A DNA stretch of 51,924 nt, filler included, from Sphacelaria rigidula (taxonomy: Eukaryota), in the NCBI GenBank assembly GCA_964200075.2. It is 4 parts of 4 records of this genome, joined end to end, with 100 filler letters (N's around TTAATTAATTAA, not from the genome) between each part and the next. Parts side by side here need not be neighbours in the genome. Positions count along the whole stretch, not along the records: positions 1 to 12,908 come from CAXNAA020003316.1; 3 more parts are not named here. The stretch is one strand, 5' to 3'. The notes below the pieces were generated by a model. The model was not told where the DNA came from, ran no database searches, and was given only the letters and a program-made list of their open reading frames with translations. Below are positions 1 to 13,008 of this stretch, in pieces. The position numbers and the translations under genes are program-made. Each line of letters opens with the position of its first letter. The first letter of the stretch is position 1.

Positions 1-80
1 CAATGAGTTGCTATATTTTCTGGTATCGCCACTTCCAGAGACAGCCACGGCTTATACACTGCCTCATGGATACGTCATCA
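1..80. repeat. Fragment of the same repeat as 3305-3375
   Basis: tgagttg..attttctggtatcgccactt.cagagaca...cactgcctcatgg is shared with 3309-3363. Confidence 0.7.
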
Positions 81-481
81 TAACTCGGTGAGAAAAAATA
101 TTTTCCAACATTTGTGTAGAGGGTCCTCGTGAACCTTCGACCAAAAAACTCCTAGAATTAGGCAGGGCATTCTGCTTCTTGCACAAGGGCGTAAGGTAAC
201 GAATTTAAACCCCGAGGAATAGGTTTTGTTGAATATATGCAAAATCGGATTCCGTCGGGGTCATGTCCTATGCAGTACTCCTTTTTACTCTTTCATTTTT
301 GGAAGAGGTACAGCGTGTCGCCATTGAGTTAATGGGCAGTTCACAGCGATATATTAACATCGGGCTGAATCGGGAAATAGATAGAGTAATCATGTGCTCA
401 AGTCATGCTGGTGTCTTGGCTGGCCCAGCTCGTAGTGCGTATGTGACTCTAGTGCACAAGGCCCAGAACAACTCTCCGTAC

Positions 482-1807
482 CTGCTGCACGGTTTCTGGA
501 TCGTCCAGAATGGCTTGGACGAGCTTCTTGCCTAGTACGATCGTCTCGCGTAGGGTCTCTGGATGTTGCAGAACGTACAGCGCCAGACTGACCAGCGCCG
601 CCTGCTCACTCATATCCGCAGACGTGAAAATAGTGCAACGGTTTCGAGGGACCACGGCACGAAAACGTCAAAAAAAAAAAAAAAACACTCAACCGAAGCA
701 CACCGAAATTACTCGGGTATGCCAAAATTAAAAAAACAAAATGGAAAGGAACACGAAAACTCAAACACACGCACATACATGTATTCGCGGCCAAGCGAAC
801 ACAATGCAACTTATGCAACTGCAGCAAAACTTAACCATCTTTGTATCAAGTAGACAACGATTTAGTGGTACTGTAATAAAATCCTGTGCAACAGCGGCAA
901 ATCCGAGGTGGTACTTGCACTTACTTCTATTATAGGCGTTTCGAGTTGAGCCGGTAGAATCACGATCACACGGCAAACTCAAGCGCATCAAGCTGTAGCG
1001 AGAACAGATGCGGTGGAACGGGCGGGGTTGGACATGAGGATGAAGGTCATGATCCAACGATTTTGATCGCTTGCGGGTATGGTCTCACAATAGTGCAATA
1101 CGAGTTGTGTGCCAAGAATCCGACCTACTGACGGACGCACTTTCACGTAACTGAAGCGTACCAGTATTGTGCGGGGCATCATGGCAGTGCTAGTCAGGTC
1201 GGTCTGATAACCGATCGCACACCGGTGGAGACCACGACTGAACGTGAGTGCCCAGAACAGCAGCAGCAACGCATCGACCATTATTTTTCTAACTTGCTTG
1301 GACGCTTTAATGTATCGTCACATTCTCCACGATCACGTGGCGACTACCTAGCATACCCTGGACAAAAAACATTGTACTGCGTACAGTATCGGCTATTGCG
1401 CCTTTTGCAAAAGACAAAAGATTACCATACTGTACGCAGTACATTTTTTTACAATGGAATCTGTTGTCCAGGGTATGCTACCTAGTCGTATTCGTTATCA
1501 TTCAGGGATCGGGAGGAGTACGAAGGTAATTTGAAAGAAACATGGACCCATGTCTTCTCGCTCTTCCGCGCAGTCTCTCAGAACATTTTCTTCGAAACTA
1601 TTTTTTTCCCCGACTGTGATTTTGTTTTGAGCTGTCGTGGAGAAAAAAAAAAATCTTCACCGGAACAAAAAAGAACGTAATGTTAGAATAATGGGGGGAA
1701 AAAAATTAGGGGAAGCGCTGTCGATTGGAACACGACAAATAAATAAATACCTGCGTCTCCGGATCAGCGGAAGCGTCCCGCAGAAAAGTCGCACCCGCTC
1801 TGACTAC
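482..1807 (-). CDS. Two internal exons (1807-1751, 601-482) of a partial hypothetical helical-repeat protein
   Basis: Both exons have cag| acceptors and |gta donors, phase 0-0, 57 and 120 bp. They splice to VVRAGATFLRDASADPETQ|AALVSLALYVLQHPETLRETIVLGKKLVQAILDDPETVQQ, which carries a recurring (D/H)PET motif about every 20 aa. Other exons not located. Confidence 0.7.
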
Positions 1808-2089
1808 CTGACACAATAGAAGCGAGGATATCGGTGGATAGATTAGACGTTAGCATATACCGCAAAGGACAATGGCCGGCAATACTGTTTTGGGGTTTTC
1901 CGATGAAAAATACACCGCCAGCACAAGGCATATATATGCCAACGGGAAACACACACACACACAAAAAAAAACTAAGGGGGCACGCCGTGGTATCGAGAGT
2001 GGCATAGTACCAAAGGTGTATCTGTACGGTACTCCCTGCACTTGGGTCTTGTGCAATATCGTAGTGCTCTACGTACCCAAAACTTAGGT

Positions 2090-3380
2090 AGATAGAGCAG
2101 TGAGAAATCGTACTCAACAACACTCAGATATTGGCTGGAGCATTTCGATCGTGCCTGATTTTACCCAACATTTGGGCAGAGTTTGGATATCGGACCATCG
2201 CGATCCAAGCTTCGGGACAGTGAATACCCGGGCATTCACCCTACTCAACACACCCTTGTACAAAAACATCTGGAACACGGTCGGAAGCAACGAGATACGT
2301 TTTGCAACTACAAAACCAGCAGCCTCGAAATTGATGGTGGGGTCATATCTGCAGATTGATACTGCTGAGATTCAAAGGAAGGCCTGAAGCCTCCGGACGT
2401 ATAAAACACCGCCGGTTGGATGCGTTCCAATCATCTCTCCGAGCAATGCTACGGTAGAGGTGCACTTTTTGCGCAAAATCCTGTCTGCTTCAGGGGCTCC
2501 TAACGATTCTATATGCACAAGAATATGGATCAGGACATCCCCGTTTGCACATTCATTCGGGATATTCCCCGAAAGGAGTAGTAGTCCTGACGCACTCTCA
2601 CATATTTTAGTTGTGCACCCCTACCGTAGCATAACTCCTACGCGGTATTTGTGAAAGTTCGAGTTGCGCAGCGGCCGCACGCGCTCATGCACGTTATGTT
2701 GTTTCTTCCAGCATCTTGAATATCATATCGCAGTGATAGAGTCCAGGACTGAAAATACCGGTGCTCAGGTTGTGTCTCCCTAGGCACCCTCCCAACAGCA
2801 CACGCACCGTGCTCGAGACTTTTCGTTCTGTCAGCGCACGTCCCATGATCCAAACAACCCTTTGAGAAATCCCTGACTCAGAACCCCCGGCTTGATACAC
2901 ACCAGTGCTACATGCGCAGTAGATTTTCGATTACAATAGGGCAACTTTCGCCTTCCCCTCTCTGCTCTGACGGGGCACTGTGCGGTACTTCCGTCCCCAT
3001 CATTCGTTAGCTGGTCGAGTAACCTCAGCGTGTGAGGCGCTGTACTGTTTGTCCACGGTACCCTGGATGGGGAGAGGGGGGTACTCATGATCTTGCATGC
3101 CATAGCCATAGGACCATTGACCTCGCATCCCTACAAAGCCGGGACGGAGCACGCCGGGTTTTCGCCAGACCAGGCTCGCAATCAGTCACCAAGCGCGAAG
3201 CGCCGTGATGAGTTCGGCGAGTGGCCTGAAGGGTGAACTGCATCCTGCTGAGATGATTGTTCGGCCCGAAGGGTACTGCTCATCTTGATTTTGGATGACG
3301 CCCTCCAGTGAGTTGTTTCATTTTCTGGTATCGCCACTTTCAGAGACACCCACTGCCTCATGGGTATCGCACCATGGGTG
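2090..3380 (-). mobile_element. Highly decayed non-LTR retrotransposon (LINE) reverse transcriptase relic
   Basis: Minus-strand fragments occur in LINE ORF2 order: FSPGLYHCDMIFKMLEE (KxPGxDG-like), SFRGISRMNV (NYRGISLLN-like), EPLKQTGF (QxGF), then a frameshifted NVG-KSG-DRNAP (GVKQG-like). Many stops; boundaries approximate. Confidence 0.5.
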
Positions 3381-3386
3381 GGGGCA

Positions 3387-3445
3387 GGGGGGGGGGCGTA
3401 GTCTTTTCTTGCTTGCCATAGTTCTTTGACTATTGACCACACATC
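3387..3445 (-). mobile_element. Poly(C)-tailed short repeat, copy 1
   Basis: G10-cgtagtcttttcttgcttgccatagttctttgactattgaccac aligns with the insertion at 44214-44268. Confidence 0.65.
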
Positions 3446-4359
3446 CCTTTCGAGACGGAGCACTGGAGAGGAGGGGGGCGGGGATAGGGAGGAGGGAATG
3501 ATAACGATAGCGGTAATATAGCATCATTTTCGCACAAATCATACTCTACTCGAGCATGACTTCATTGACCACTTTCCCCCCGAACTACGATGGGACTCGA
3601 GTCCATTTCATACTCTTGTACCTACCGGCCTTTGATCATGTGGGGAAGGAAGGGCGGAGGGGCGGAGCATCAATACCTGCCGTACTCGACTGTGTGTACG
3701 ATGCGTACTTGCCGCCCCCCTGTCTCTTCTGGCAGGCTACCGTAGTGTACTCTGCAATCCGTATACGCCCCATGAGATTTAGCAGCTAGTTGTAGAATTT
3801 CTTCCGATACACGTGGCAATTTGATATTTAGGTGCCCGGTTTACGCATTTGAATAGCAGATATCGCCCTTTCCCCCGCCTCCCTGCTTCTCGCTCGGAAG
3901 GGCATCGCCCTCTACTACCGTGCTCGTGACAAATGTATGTAAAATAATACGCAGGGTAGCCGCAGCCCGTACGGCACTGTACTCGACGTGTTGGTACTGT
4001 CTGTGCTGCATCGTATCCGTGTGGAGTTAAGATTGTTTGCGCGGGTTGTACACCGTACGCGCGCGGGCCTGGCATACCACAACACAGCCTAAATCTCGTA
4101 GAATGACGACATCCACCCGTGCGGGAGTACCGCTTTGTGTCGCCCAAATCCCTCAGTGTGGCGCCGTGCGGCGGCGCCTGACGCCCGCGGTCTTCGGCTA
4201 CACTTCACTCGGTGATGTGACTGTCCCTAGCGTGAACTCCCCTCTGCCCGAGGGTTAGCGGTCTACCGTTTGTTTCGGCGAGGCTCAGGCTCACGGCAAA
4301 GGCGAGGATGGGGTTGATATCATAGTTCTTATCATAGTCCACAGTGGCACAAGGAACGT

Positions 4360-4575
4360 AGGGGCGAAGCTTACAGGACTACGGGTGGCGCGCGCACTGC
4401 GCCATGTTTTTAGTGCATTCAACTGTTGAACTGCCTTGGGCAAATCTTCCCGTACGCTCGAGGCGCCTGCCCCACATGACCGCCACACGGTGGTCTCGCC
4501 GAGCCTCCGAGTGATCGGCACACGAACATGTTCACGGGGCAAGTGTAGAGTGAGTTTTCCTCCTTACTTCCTTCA
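4360..4575. repeat. Dispersed repeat of unknown class, copy A (partner at 7770-8000)
   Basis: Colinear shared blocks: gggtggcgcg.gcactgcgcca, ctgccttg..caaa, acgctcgaggcgcct.cccca.atga, cctccg.gt.atc.gcaca, gtgag.ttttc.tcctt. Confidence 0.75.
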
Positions 4576-5124
4576 AGGGGATAAAAAGGATTTATAAGTT
4601 GCCATCACAGTCCATAGTGGCATAGGGAGCCACTTCGTAGACACAGAATTGCACTCCGGTAGAACAAGCAGCTGTGCATCCAACTGAGCTCGTCGAGGAA
4701 GGTTTGCAGATTGTGATGCTATCCGCTACTAGGGAATACATGGAAATTATGGCGATGCTACCGTCTCTGGGGCCATCTCTCTCTAGGATTCGTTTTAGAA
4801 GATTTTGATGAGACGAGCATGCGTTACAGAAGCACGTGGAAGAACTTGAATACACGAACGTAAACATAGGGACGAGCACCCAAGTAAGATCACAAGCAAG
4901 CAAAACCGCGGATGTAAAGCAGAAGCAAGTGCCACGCGACTGGAAAAGCACAATCATATGCGTCCCAAGTTCCGCGGGTTGCATCCGCAGGAGATGAACA
5001 CTCTCCGTGATAACTCATTTCATTTTGCTCTTCGCGCAAAAGCGCTACGATGCCAACATACGTCGTGCATCAACATATATCACCGAAATATTCCCAGCGA
5101 GGCAAATTTCAGCGTCACTACAAA

Positions 5125-5498
5125 TGTGTGCGTATCGTGTATATCTGTTGTCATCCCATCTATTCTGGACGCCAGTCTACATCTTCCGGTATATGTGGGC
5201 GCACCAGCCGGGGTCACACAGGAGGAAGGCCAACACACGAGTTTTTTCTGTCCTTTTTTCATCTTGTTTCAGTTATCCACCTTACTCCTGCGGTGCTTGC
5301 CTTATTTTTTATCGCGAGAGAAAGAGGTTTAGCACTTCCTTTCCCTTGTCGACCGTGAGTTTGAATCTAGTCGACCGTGAGTTCGAATTCTTGTGTACCC
5401 ACGACATAGTCACTTTCCACTGTTGGGCATTGCACCGAGGTTCGAACCCAAGACCCAACCGTCAGAGTTTCGAGGTTACCAACTGAGCCATCGGGGCG
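5125..5498 (-). mobile_element. tRNA-derived SINE, copy 1
   Basis: Minus-strand head with Pol III A box (TGGCTCAGTTGG) and B box (GGTTCGAACC). Body colinear with 8830-9184 and 12274-12685. CA-like tail. Private 22-bp tandem duplication at ~5348-5390. Confidence 0.85.
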
Positions 5499-7769
5499 GG
5501 GCAACCGGCTTTGATTTTTAAAAAAACGGGAAGAAGTAGTAGTACCCGCAGTGCTATTTCCCGCATTCTACGATATCCGGAATTTCAGGTACAAGTGTTA
5601 GATTCGGTGAATATTCGTGCCTTTTATCACCACTAGCACCGCACCCACATTCGCGCTCGAGGCGAGGTCAAGCTTGGGAGATTGTCGGCGACCGCAGTCG
5701 TGTATCGAGCGGCGACGGAGCAAAGGGAAGCGACGATGCATGTTAAAAAAAACACATTTGACACGGAGCAAGCAAGTGAAGTACAGTACAAGATTCATAC
5801 CATCACAAACCGTTCTAGCCCTGAGTACGATCCTTGATTTCAACCTTCACCGCAGCAACAGGTGCTACTAATAGCACGTGCATTTGTTATTCGTTGCATG
5901 ATATATCACTTTCGACGAAGTTTCCTGGGCTCCGAACGCTATCGGACCGCACACCAATCTCGACCGTGAATGTCCACCATGACCCATGGCTCACCCCCAA
6001 TCGCAGCGCTTTCTATTTTCCGGACACCAACTCTCGCCATGCAAGCACCGTGGCAAAGCTCCCATGAACTTTGCTGTACCTCACAACCTCCCTATCGCAC
6101 CAAAAATGCAATTGGGTGTCAGAGCGCTTACTATCGCAAGAGATACCGACGGGTGTGGGACAGGGGAGGCAGCCCGTGCACCAGAAAACGCACGCTTCTG
6201 CCCGTCAACACAGCAATCACGATCGCTTTCCCCTGTCGCGTGAAGTGCTTGGCATATTCACACGCCAATATCTCGGGACACCCTTCCTTCCACACCAATC
6301 TCAAGGAGTTCTGAGTAATGATAGTCTCTGTTGGACACGTGTTATGAATAGTGCGACGTGCCATCAACTTATGGCAAGAGCTGTCGCCATGCACAGCGCA
6401 GACGCATCAGCGCATAGCTTACGACAAAGTACAGGTTTCTTGGCTCGAGGAGACGGAGACCCAGACTTAGAGCGCAACCCTGCCGACGCGTCTGCACTAG
6501 AGGGATGACCAAGCAAGGAGCAACCTTAGCAGCTGTGATGAACGTACAAGCGTTCCCATAATAATGCATGTGCGCGTGAGCGTTCAGATACCTGGATCAT
6601 GTTCGACGGGGTTTCGTATCACGAGCACACCGCACTATAACAATAAAATATCCGCAACACGTCGGAATGTCGTCGCGGTACGCTGTGTGGTGCATGCAGT
6701 CTGCAGGGCAGTGACAACTCCCATCGCACCTTCATGATTTCAAGCAGCGTTTGGGGGTGCTTTTGCTCCACGGCACCATAAATGCGGGTGATCGATTGGT
6801 GTGCTCGCAGCGCCAACAGGAATCCACGCACTCAGTCTAGATGCCGCACCGGATAGTGACTGTCGAGACGCACGGCATCACGATTTTGAAGCACTACTAC
6901 AAACTCAAAGGCAAACTGGATCGTTAAAAACAGGGCAAAAGGCATGTGCTATCGACTAGTGGGTGTTGCTGGCGGGGGTTCTTCCGTCGCGCGGTGATAC
7001 TGTAGGCGATAAGTACGCCATCCTCGTTGTGGAGATGTCTGCAGAGAGCCAGGGACGTGGCGAGCGCGCAGATATACGGGTCATGTTCCGCGGGACTCTG
7101 CGTCTCGAGGTTGAAGCGCTGGACGAGGTTACAGTTATCACTTGAAACTGACTATCTGGAGGTTGCGCCGCCCGGCGACTCCGTCTGCGTTGAACCCCCC
7201 CCCCCCCCCCGTTGTGAGGGGACCCCACCGGAGATGAAAAAAACACGCTATCTGATTTCGCATATCTTCTACATTAATTTGAAATCTAGCCCCTGAGCGA
7301 CGCACTTCAAGCACGCGATCGGTGCAAAACCGGTAGAGAGTATGCAACAAGTCCACATCGCCGCTGCTGCTGCTGCTACTGCTCATACTGTAATGCTGTG
7401 TGCTGTTCGCGAGCTCCGCGTTTACGTCCACGGGTGTCTCGTGACTTGTCAACAACTCCCAGGGTGCTTGGAGCATGGCAATACATTGGGAACGCTGGTT
7501 GAAACATCACCATTATGGACGAAGAACGCTTCGGAGTATGACGAAATTATCGGGGGGGAAACTGGTTCAATTAGAAGAGAAACCAGTAAGATAACCAGTT
7601 AGGCCAGGTATGCCAGTTACCTAAAACTCACTGACACTGGCGTCGATTTCAAAACCTGTGTGCTATCGAGAGATGGCTGCGTTGGTGGTGAGTGTAGTAC
7701 TATTGCGCAGGGAATTTGTACGCAATACTGTAACACTCAGTGCACACTTGTACTCAACGTGAATAGATC

Positions 7770-8000
7770 CAGGGCCGAAGCTCATGAGAATAGGGTGGCG
7801 CGTGCACTGCGCCAAGTTGAGAGGCGGTTTTACAGGATTCAACTCCCACACTGCCTTGACCAAAGCTTTCCGAACGCTCGAGGCGCCTACCCCATATGAT
7901 CACCTGACAAGATGGTCCAGGCAACCCTCCGGGTAATCAGCACATAAACTTGTTTCGCGAGGTAAGAACGTGTGGGCGGGTGAGGTTTTCTCCTTCCTTG
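7770..8000. repeat. Dispersed repeat of unknown class, copy B (partner at 4360-4575)
   Basis: Same colinear blocks as 4360-4575, in the same orientation. Confidence 0.75.
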
Positions 8001-8829
8001 ACGGGCAAAAAAAAAGGAGAGGAAAAAAGGGTGGATAAATAGGAACACTCGGCCGAAACTTCCACCTTCTGTGCGTTGGTTTTGTTCAAAGGTTTGATGG
8101 GAGAAGGGACAACACCCTGTAGAACTGATAGAACTAACGAGTTCGTTGGCAGTTATCTAGATTTGTTTTAGTCTTTTTTTTTGGCAGTGGTTGCTGTCAC
8201 ACAACTAGTTGCGCGAATTTTTCGGTCGAGAGCTATACGACACACGCAATTCAATGTGCAACATTTTCGACCGAAAGTACTTCACATGCAGGTAGTTGCA
8301 CGGGTTTCTCTTCAAGTACTTGTTTGCAGGCAACTAACAAGCCGCGCGTGTTCCCCGCTAAGACGTTACTTACAGGCAACCAGTTAAACAAGTTTCCCAT
8401 AAAACAGTTGTTCGCCCTTCAGCCACGAGTTCCCCATTGAGCATCTACTTACAGAATCCTAGCCCGCGCGAGTTTCTCATGAAGCTGCTTAGCAAACCAA
8501 CTGCTTGGCGCAGGTTATCCGCCGAATAGTTCTTGACACAAAACGCTTCGAACGAGGTTTTTGACCCGATGATTATTGTTCAAGCAACTATAATAGTTAC
8601 ATAATAGTTTTGGCTATACAGGATGTTAAAAAGCACCCAAAATAAGAACAGAACTTTCTACTGTGGTCGTTTCTCAACAGCGTATGCGTTGGTGTCCAAG
8701 ATAGAGCGATTCATGGTTCAGTCAGACGAAGCAGGTTTCGTCTGAAGCTTACTTGCCGTAAGTGTAATGAATTGGTGCCGTGCGAATCAACCCATCCTTG
8801 GGCTTTGTTTCCATCGTTGCACTTCTACC

Positions 8830-9184
8830 GGTCGCCCCGGTAGCTCAGTTGGTAACCTCGAAACCTTCCGACGGTTGGGTCGTGGGTTCGAATCTCGGAG
8901 CGATCCGGGATTTTTTCTTATGCCCAACAGTGGAGAGCGACCATGTCGTGGGTACACAAGAATTCGACTTCACGGTTGACCAGGGAAAGGGCTGAAATCC
9001 TCTCGCCATAAAAAATTAAAGGGACTCACCGCAGAAGGAAGGTGGGGTACTAAAACAAATAAAAAACAAAAAATACTCCTGTGTGTGGCCTTCCTCTTGT
9101 GTGACCCCGGCTGGTGCGCCCACATATACCGAAAGGTATAGAACGGCGTCCAAAATAAATTGTTCGACAACGCAACACACACAC
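8830..9184 (+). mobile_element. tRNA-derived SINE, copy 2
   Basis: A box TAGCTCAGTTGG, B box GGTTCGAATCT, conserved body (tgcccaacagtggagagcgac ... tgtgtgaccccggctggtgcgcccacatatacc), (CA)n tail. Confidence 0.88.
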
Positions 9185-12100
9185 TCCAGGTAAACGCGCA
9201 CCCTAGACACGTGAGATAGCCCAAAAGTTGCGTAGAGATATTTTGACCCTCGGTCAACTTGTTCTTCTTCTCTCTTTCCAGCAATCAGGCCTCAAAAATC
9301 GTGGATTTGGTGATTCAAACTAGCGATGATCCATCCAACACGTGGAGTGACTGATTCGAAGTTTGGGGGGCTTGACTCAAACAAAGGGTTTTCGCCTTCA
9401 ACAAACCACAAGAAAGTGTGGTCAGCACAAGTTACAGCAGCCAGTAAACGCATGAATGTCTCTGGCATACACACACACACAATCCCGGTGTAGATGGAGT
9501 GAGTGTAGTGTGCACGCGCCAACCTAGGGTCCAGCTGAACGCAACCCCCGGTTCAAGTCATGGCAACACCTCTACTGACTACAACCGCGTGGACACAGCC
9601 ATCCGCCCATGGGTAGGTACATTCGCACGCTACTTGACCCCAATATGTACATCCAGTCACATTGCCGCCGCGCCCTGTCGGTCTAATCGCACAGATGAAA
9701 TGCACCATGAGGTCGGGGAAACGTGGGCTCGATCCCCCTCAGATGTGTCCGCATACTTTTAGATCATATTCTGCGCAGTATCCTATTCCCGCCGTTGGGA
9801 AGGTGAACAAGTCACAAGCAACAGGAGTCAGTTTGACTACGTTTGTTAGCCGGGAGTCGACGCGGTGCAGGAGTGTTGGTCATCATCCAATTCGCGATAC
9901 CAAAACGCAGACCGTGTACCGCGGGAGAAATAAGTTGGTTGATCCCTTGAGACCACGGACACGTCCGGAGGAAGGGCGGAGGGTTTGAAGTGTGACGAAA
10001 ATGAAGAAAAAGAAGGCCAACGTTCTCTTGCGTCGAATTGTTTTGTTCCCCACTCTCTGCGCCCCCGGTTTCCTACACCGTACAATCCTTGTTTCTCTGG
10101 CTGACGTTCCTTGTTGATATCATGATTTGTTTGTTTGGGTGAAAAAGCTGAGACAGCAGCTGCGCTTGTACCGTCCTACCCTACCGTCGGCGTTACGCTC
10201 GACCGCTCCAATCATCGACACCTACACATCTACCGAGACATATTTTTGTCTTCTGTACCATGGATAACATCGCGCGGGGGGAGCACTCCGTGTAGTGCCA
10301 CGCCCAGCGCCTCGGACAGGGGGTGAGCCCGTCCGCTAGTCCACACATCATTCTGGATGGGAAATGAGGAAACGTGCACAGCGTGCAGTGTGGGCATGTG
10401 TGGCGTATCGTACCCGCCGTCTGTCTCGCGCCCGTTCTTTCGCCGCAGCTAATAAAACGTTGTGCGGCGTTATAAAATTCGCCGGAGGTGCAGAAAAACA
10501 AATGATTTCTATCTGATCGCCGTGAGGCGAGAAAAAAGTATGACACGACCTTTTCGGCCGGCTGGGGGCCCGCTGGGGGGGCTTCAGGGGGCCCCGGCGG
10601 GGGGGGGATTTTGTCGCGCAAGCCTCTCGGCGCGATGTGCGGCAACCGTGGGGTTGCAGCACATACGACCTCCAGCCTACCTGAAGCGCTGACCACGCCC
10701 TACAGTAGTGACAGGGAGGGCTGTGCCCGTCCGCTGAAACGAAGAGGTTGCGATCCCCGCGTTGTGGAACTCTGGGGCAAAAACAATTGCCACAACCATA
10801 CGCAGTACGAGCTGGGCCGACCTAGAAACTGATATTTCTTCCGCCGAACATATCTCGAAAAAGGCCGAGAGATATCGCCGAGTATTACACACACGCACCC
10901 GTGATCGGGAGGTCAACATGCGAGTGTCCCGACAACTCGCCCTGTACTTGAGCAATAAAAACAAAATGTCGTGTGCCGAGTATATGCTGGGTTTTGAGTA
11001 TAGAGCAAAACTAACTGACACGAAAAGTAATGCAGTGGAAATAGTTTTGTTTTTTCATCAAGGCCGCTCCTTGTGGCAAACAAGGAAGAATTCCTTCCAA
11101 AATGCCTTTTTAGTGCTTGTTCGTCGTTTCACGCCCTAAAAGACAGCTAGGCGGAATTGAACACCTTGGAATGACTCGCTCTCCTCGCTGAGACGGTTCC
11201 AGGACACCTTCGCGTTTTCCGGTGTACGGGGGGGAGTGATCATTGGGAGGGCGCTAAGCCACCTCGCATTATGACCAAATGAAGAAATCTTGCTGCTCAA
11301 CCTGCACTGAAGACTCTTCAAAAGTTTAGTCGAGTGGTGGTAGTTGTCGTTCATCATACTCTCTCGATATCTCGATATCCGCTACACCAAGCGCCGTTAC
11401 TACTTCAGTCTTTCTTTCGCTGACACTAGATAAAAGAAACCATACCGTGAACAAATGTCAACATCTGGATCATCCGACAGGAAGCATACCATGAGCGGAA
11501 GCACTACAAACCCCCACGAGGCATGAAAGCATCATCTTTTTTCTAACACTCAGCCGAAAGTAGAATCCACATCCACAATTCATCAGGAAGCTCAAAATTA
11601 TCGGTTGTGGTATGCCGCCGCACCCCAGAAGTGTGACTAGTATATCTATGGTCGGTCAGAGCGTAAATGTTTGTCTGGGATGCTTTTTACCCCCCCCCCC
11701 TCCTACCTCAGGACGCGTCCATAGTCTCAAGATATCAACCCATTTCTTCCTGAGTACGTGAATGAGATTTGCTATCGCAGACCAGATCAGCATCCCTGCC
11801 CCAGGTCGGTTTTCGTCAGATTTTCTCTGCTCCTCGCACTCGACACTGTCGACGACGAGAATCAGACATTCCTTACAAACAAAACCGTAAACGATTGCCG
11901 CTGCTGGGAATTCGAGCCCATTTCTCAGGGCGAACCAGTTTTGGGATGTACCGGCCAGACCGTCAGGGTGGGATGGCAATGGAACGGGTTTGCATCTCGA
12001 CAGATACGTCATTTTCCAGCAGAACCTGGTTTCCGCTCGTGCAAAACGGAGGACGCGAGCAGCAGATGAACGGGCATAGGTGGAAGGGGGGTGGGGAAGA

Positions 12101-12273
12101 ACTGATTCCATCTTCGGTAAAAAAAATGGCAAAGTGGGTACCGAGAAGAAGAACGGGTGCTGCCCTCGGGCTACGGATTCGTCTCGAGGAAGGACGGGAG
12201 GTCAGAGTATGAGAGTGAAGAGTACAGTACGAGCTGTACTCCAACATACCTCGGCAAAATGCGCATGCACACG

Positions 12274-12685
12274 GGTCGCTCCGGTGACTCGGTTGATAAC
12301 CTCGAAACCTTCCGACGGGTGGGACGTGAGTTCGAATCTCGGTGCAGTCATACGATATGGGATTTTTCTTCTCACACTGCGCCCAACAGTGGAGAGCGAC
12401 TATGCCGCGAGTACGAAAAATTCGACTTCACGGTCGACGAGGGAAGGGGACTGCTGAAACCCCTTTCGCGATAAAAAATAAAGGCAAGCACCGCGGAAGG
12501 AAGGTGGAGTACTAGAATAAAACCGATAAAAGAAAAGAAAAACTCCCGTATTGGCGTTCCTCCTGTGTGACCCCGGCTGATCCGCTTACATATACCTAAA
12601 GGTGTAGACTGCCATCCAGAATAAATGGAATGACAAAACACGCACACGCACACACACACTCACGCGCGCGCGCACACACACACAC
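12274..12685 (+). mobile_element. tRNA-derived SINE, copy 3
   Basis: Colinear with copy 2; decayed A/B boxes; ends in a CA/CG microsatellite. Confidence 0.85.
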
Positions 12686-12728
12686 GCATGCCGCGTACGA
12701 TGATGTGCACGCAGTGCAAGTCGCTGTA

Positions 12729-12905
12729 CATTGTGTTCGTGCCAGTCAGACTCTCAATCCCCGCCCTTCCTCGGGACAAGTCCGTGGTCTCAAGGGAAGA
12801 ATCCATCTCTCCCCGGTACACGCCTGTGTCGTTCCACGTAGTGTTTAAATGGTGAGACACCCAGGAGGGGCGGGGATTGAGAGTCTGACTGGCACGAACA
12901 CAATG
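12729..12905. mobile_element. 177-bp MITE with long TIRs, flanked by TA (Tc1/mariner-type signature)
   Basis: 12726-12771 and 12863-12908 are reverse complements over 46 bp with 1 mismatch. TA at 12727-12728 and 12906-12907. Confidence 0.7.
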
Positions 12906-12908
12906 TAC

Positions 12909-13008
12909 NNNNNNNNNNNNNNNNNNNNNNNNNNNNNNNNNNNNNNNNNNNNTTAATTAATTAANNNNNNNNNNNNNNNNNNNNNNNNNNNNNNNNNNNN
13001 NNNNNNNN
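12909..13008. other. Artificial contig spacer
   Basis: N44-TTAATTAATTAA-N44 (stop codons in all six frames), exactly 100 bp. Confidence 0.98.

Noticed and set aside
8830..8905. tRNA gene (also ~5430-5498, 12274-12345, 26105-26182)
   Set aside because: A and B boxes are present but there is no canonical anticodon arm, and each is attached to a shared repeat body, so these are SINE heads.
11656..12132. 158-aa minus-strand ORF with a donor-like site at ~11707
   Set aside because: No recognisable motif or phase-matched partner exon; cannot be supported.
12953..12964. TTAATTAATTAA as a biological motif or piggyBac target
   Set aside because: Centred in N-runs and identical three times; it is an assembly linker.
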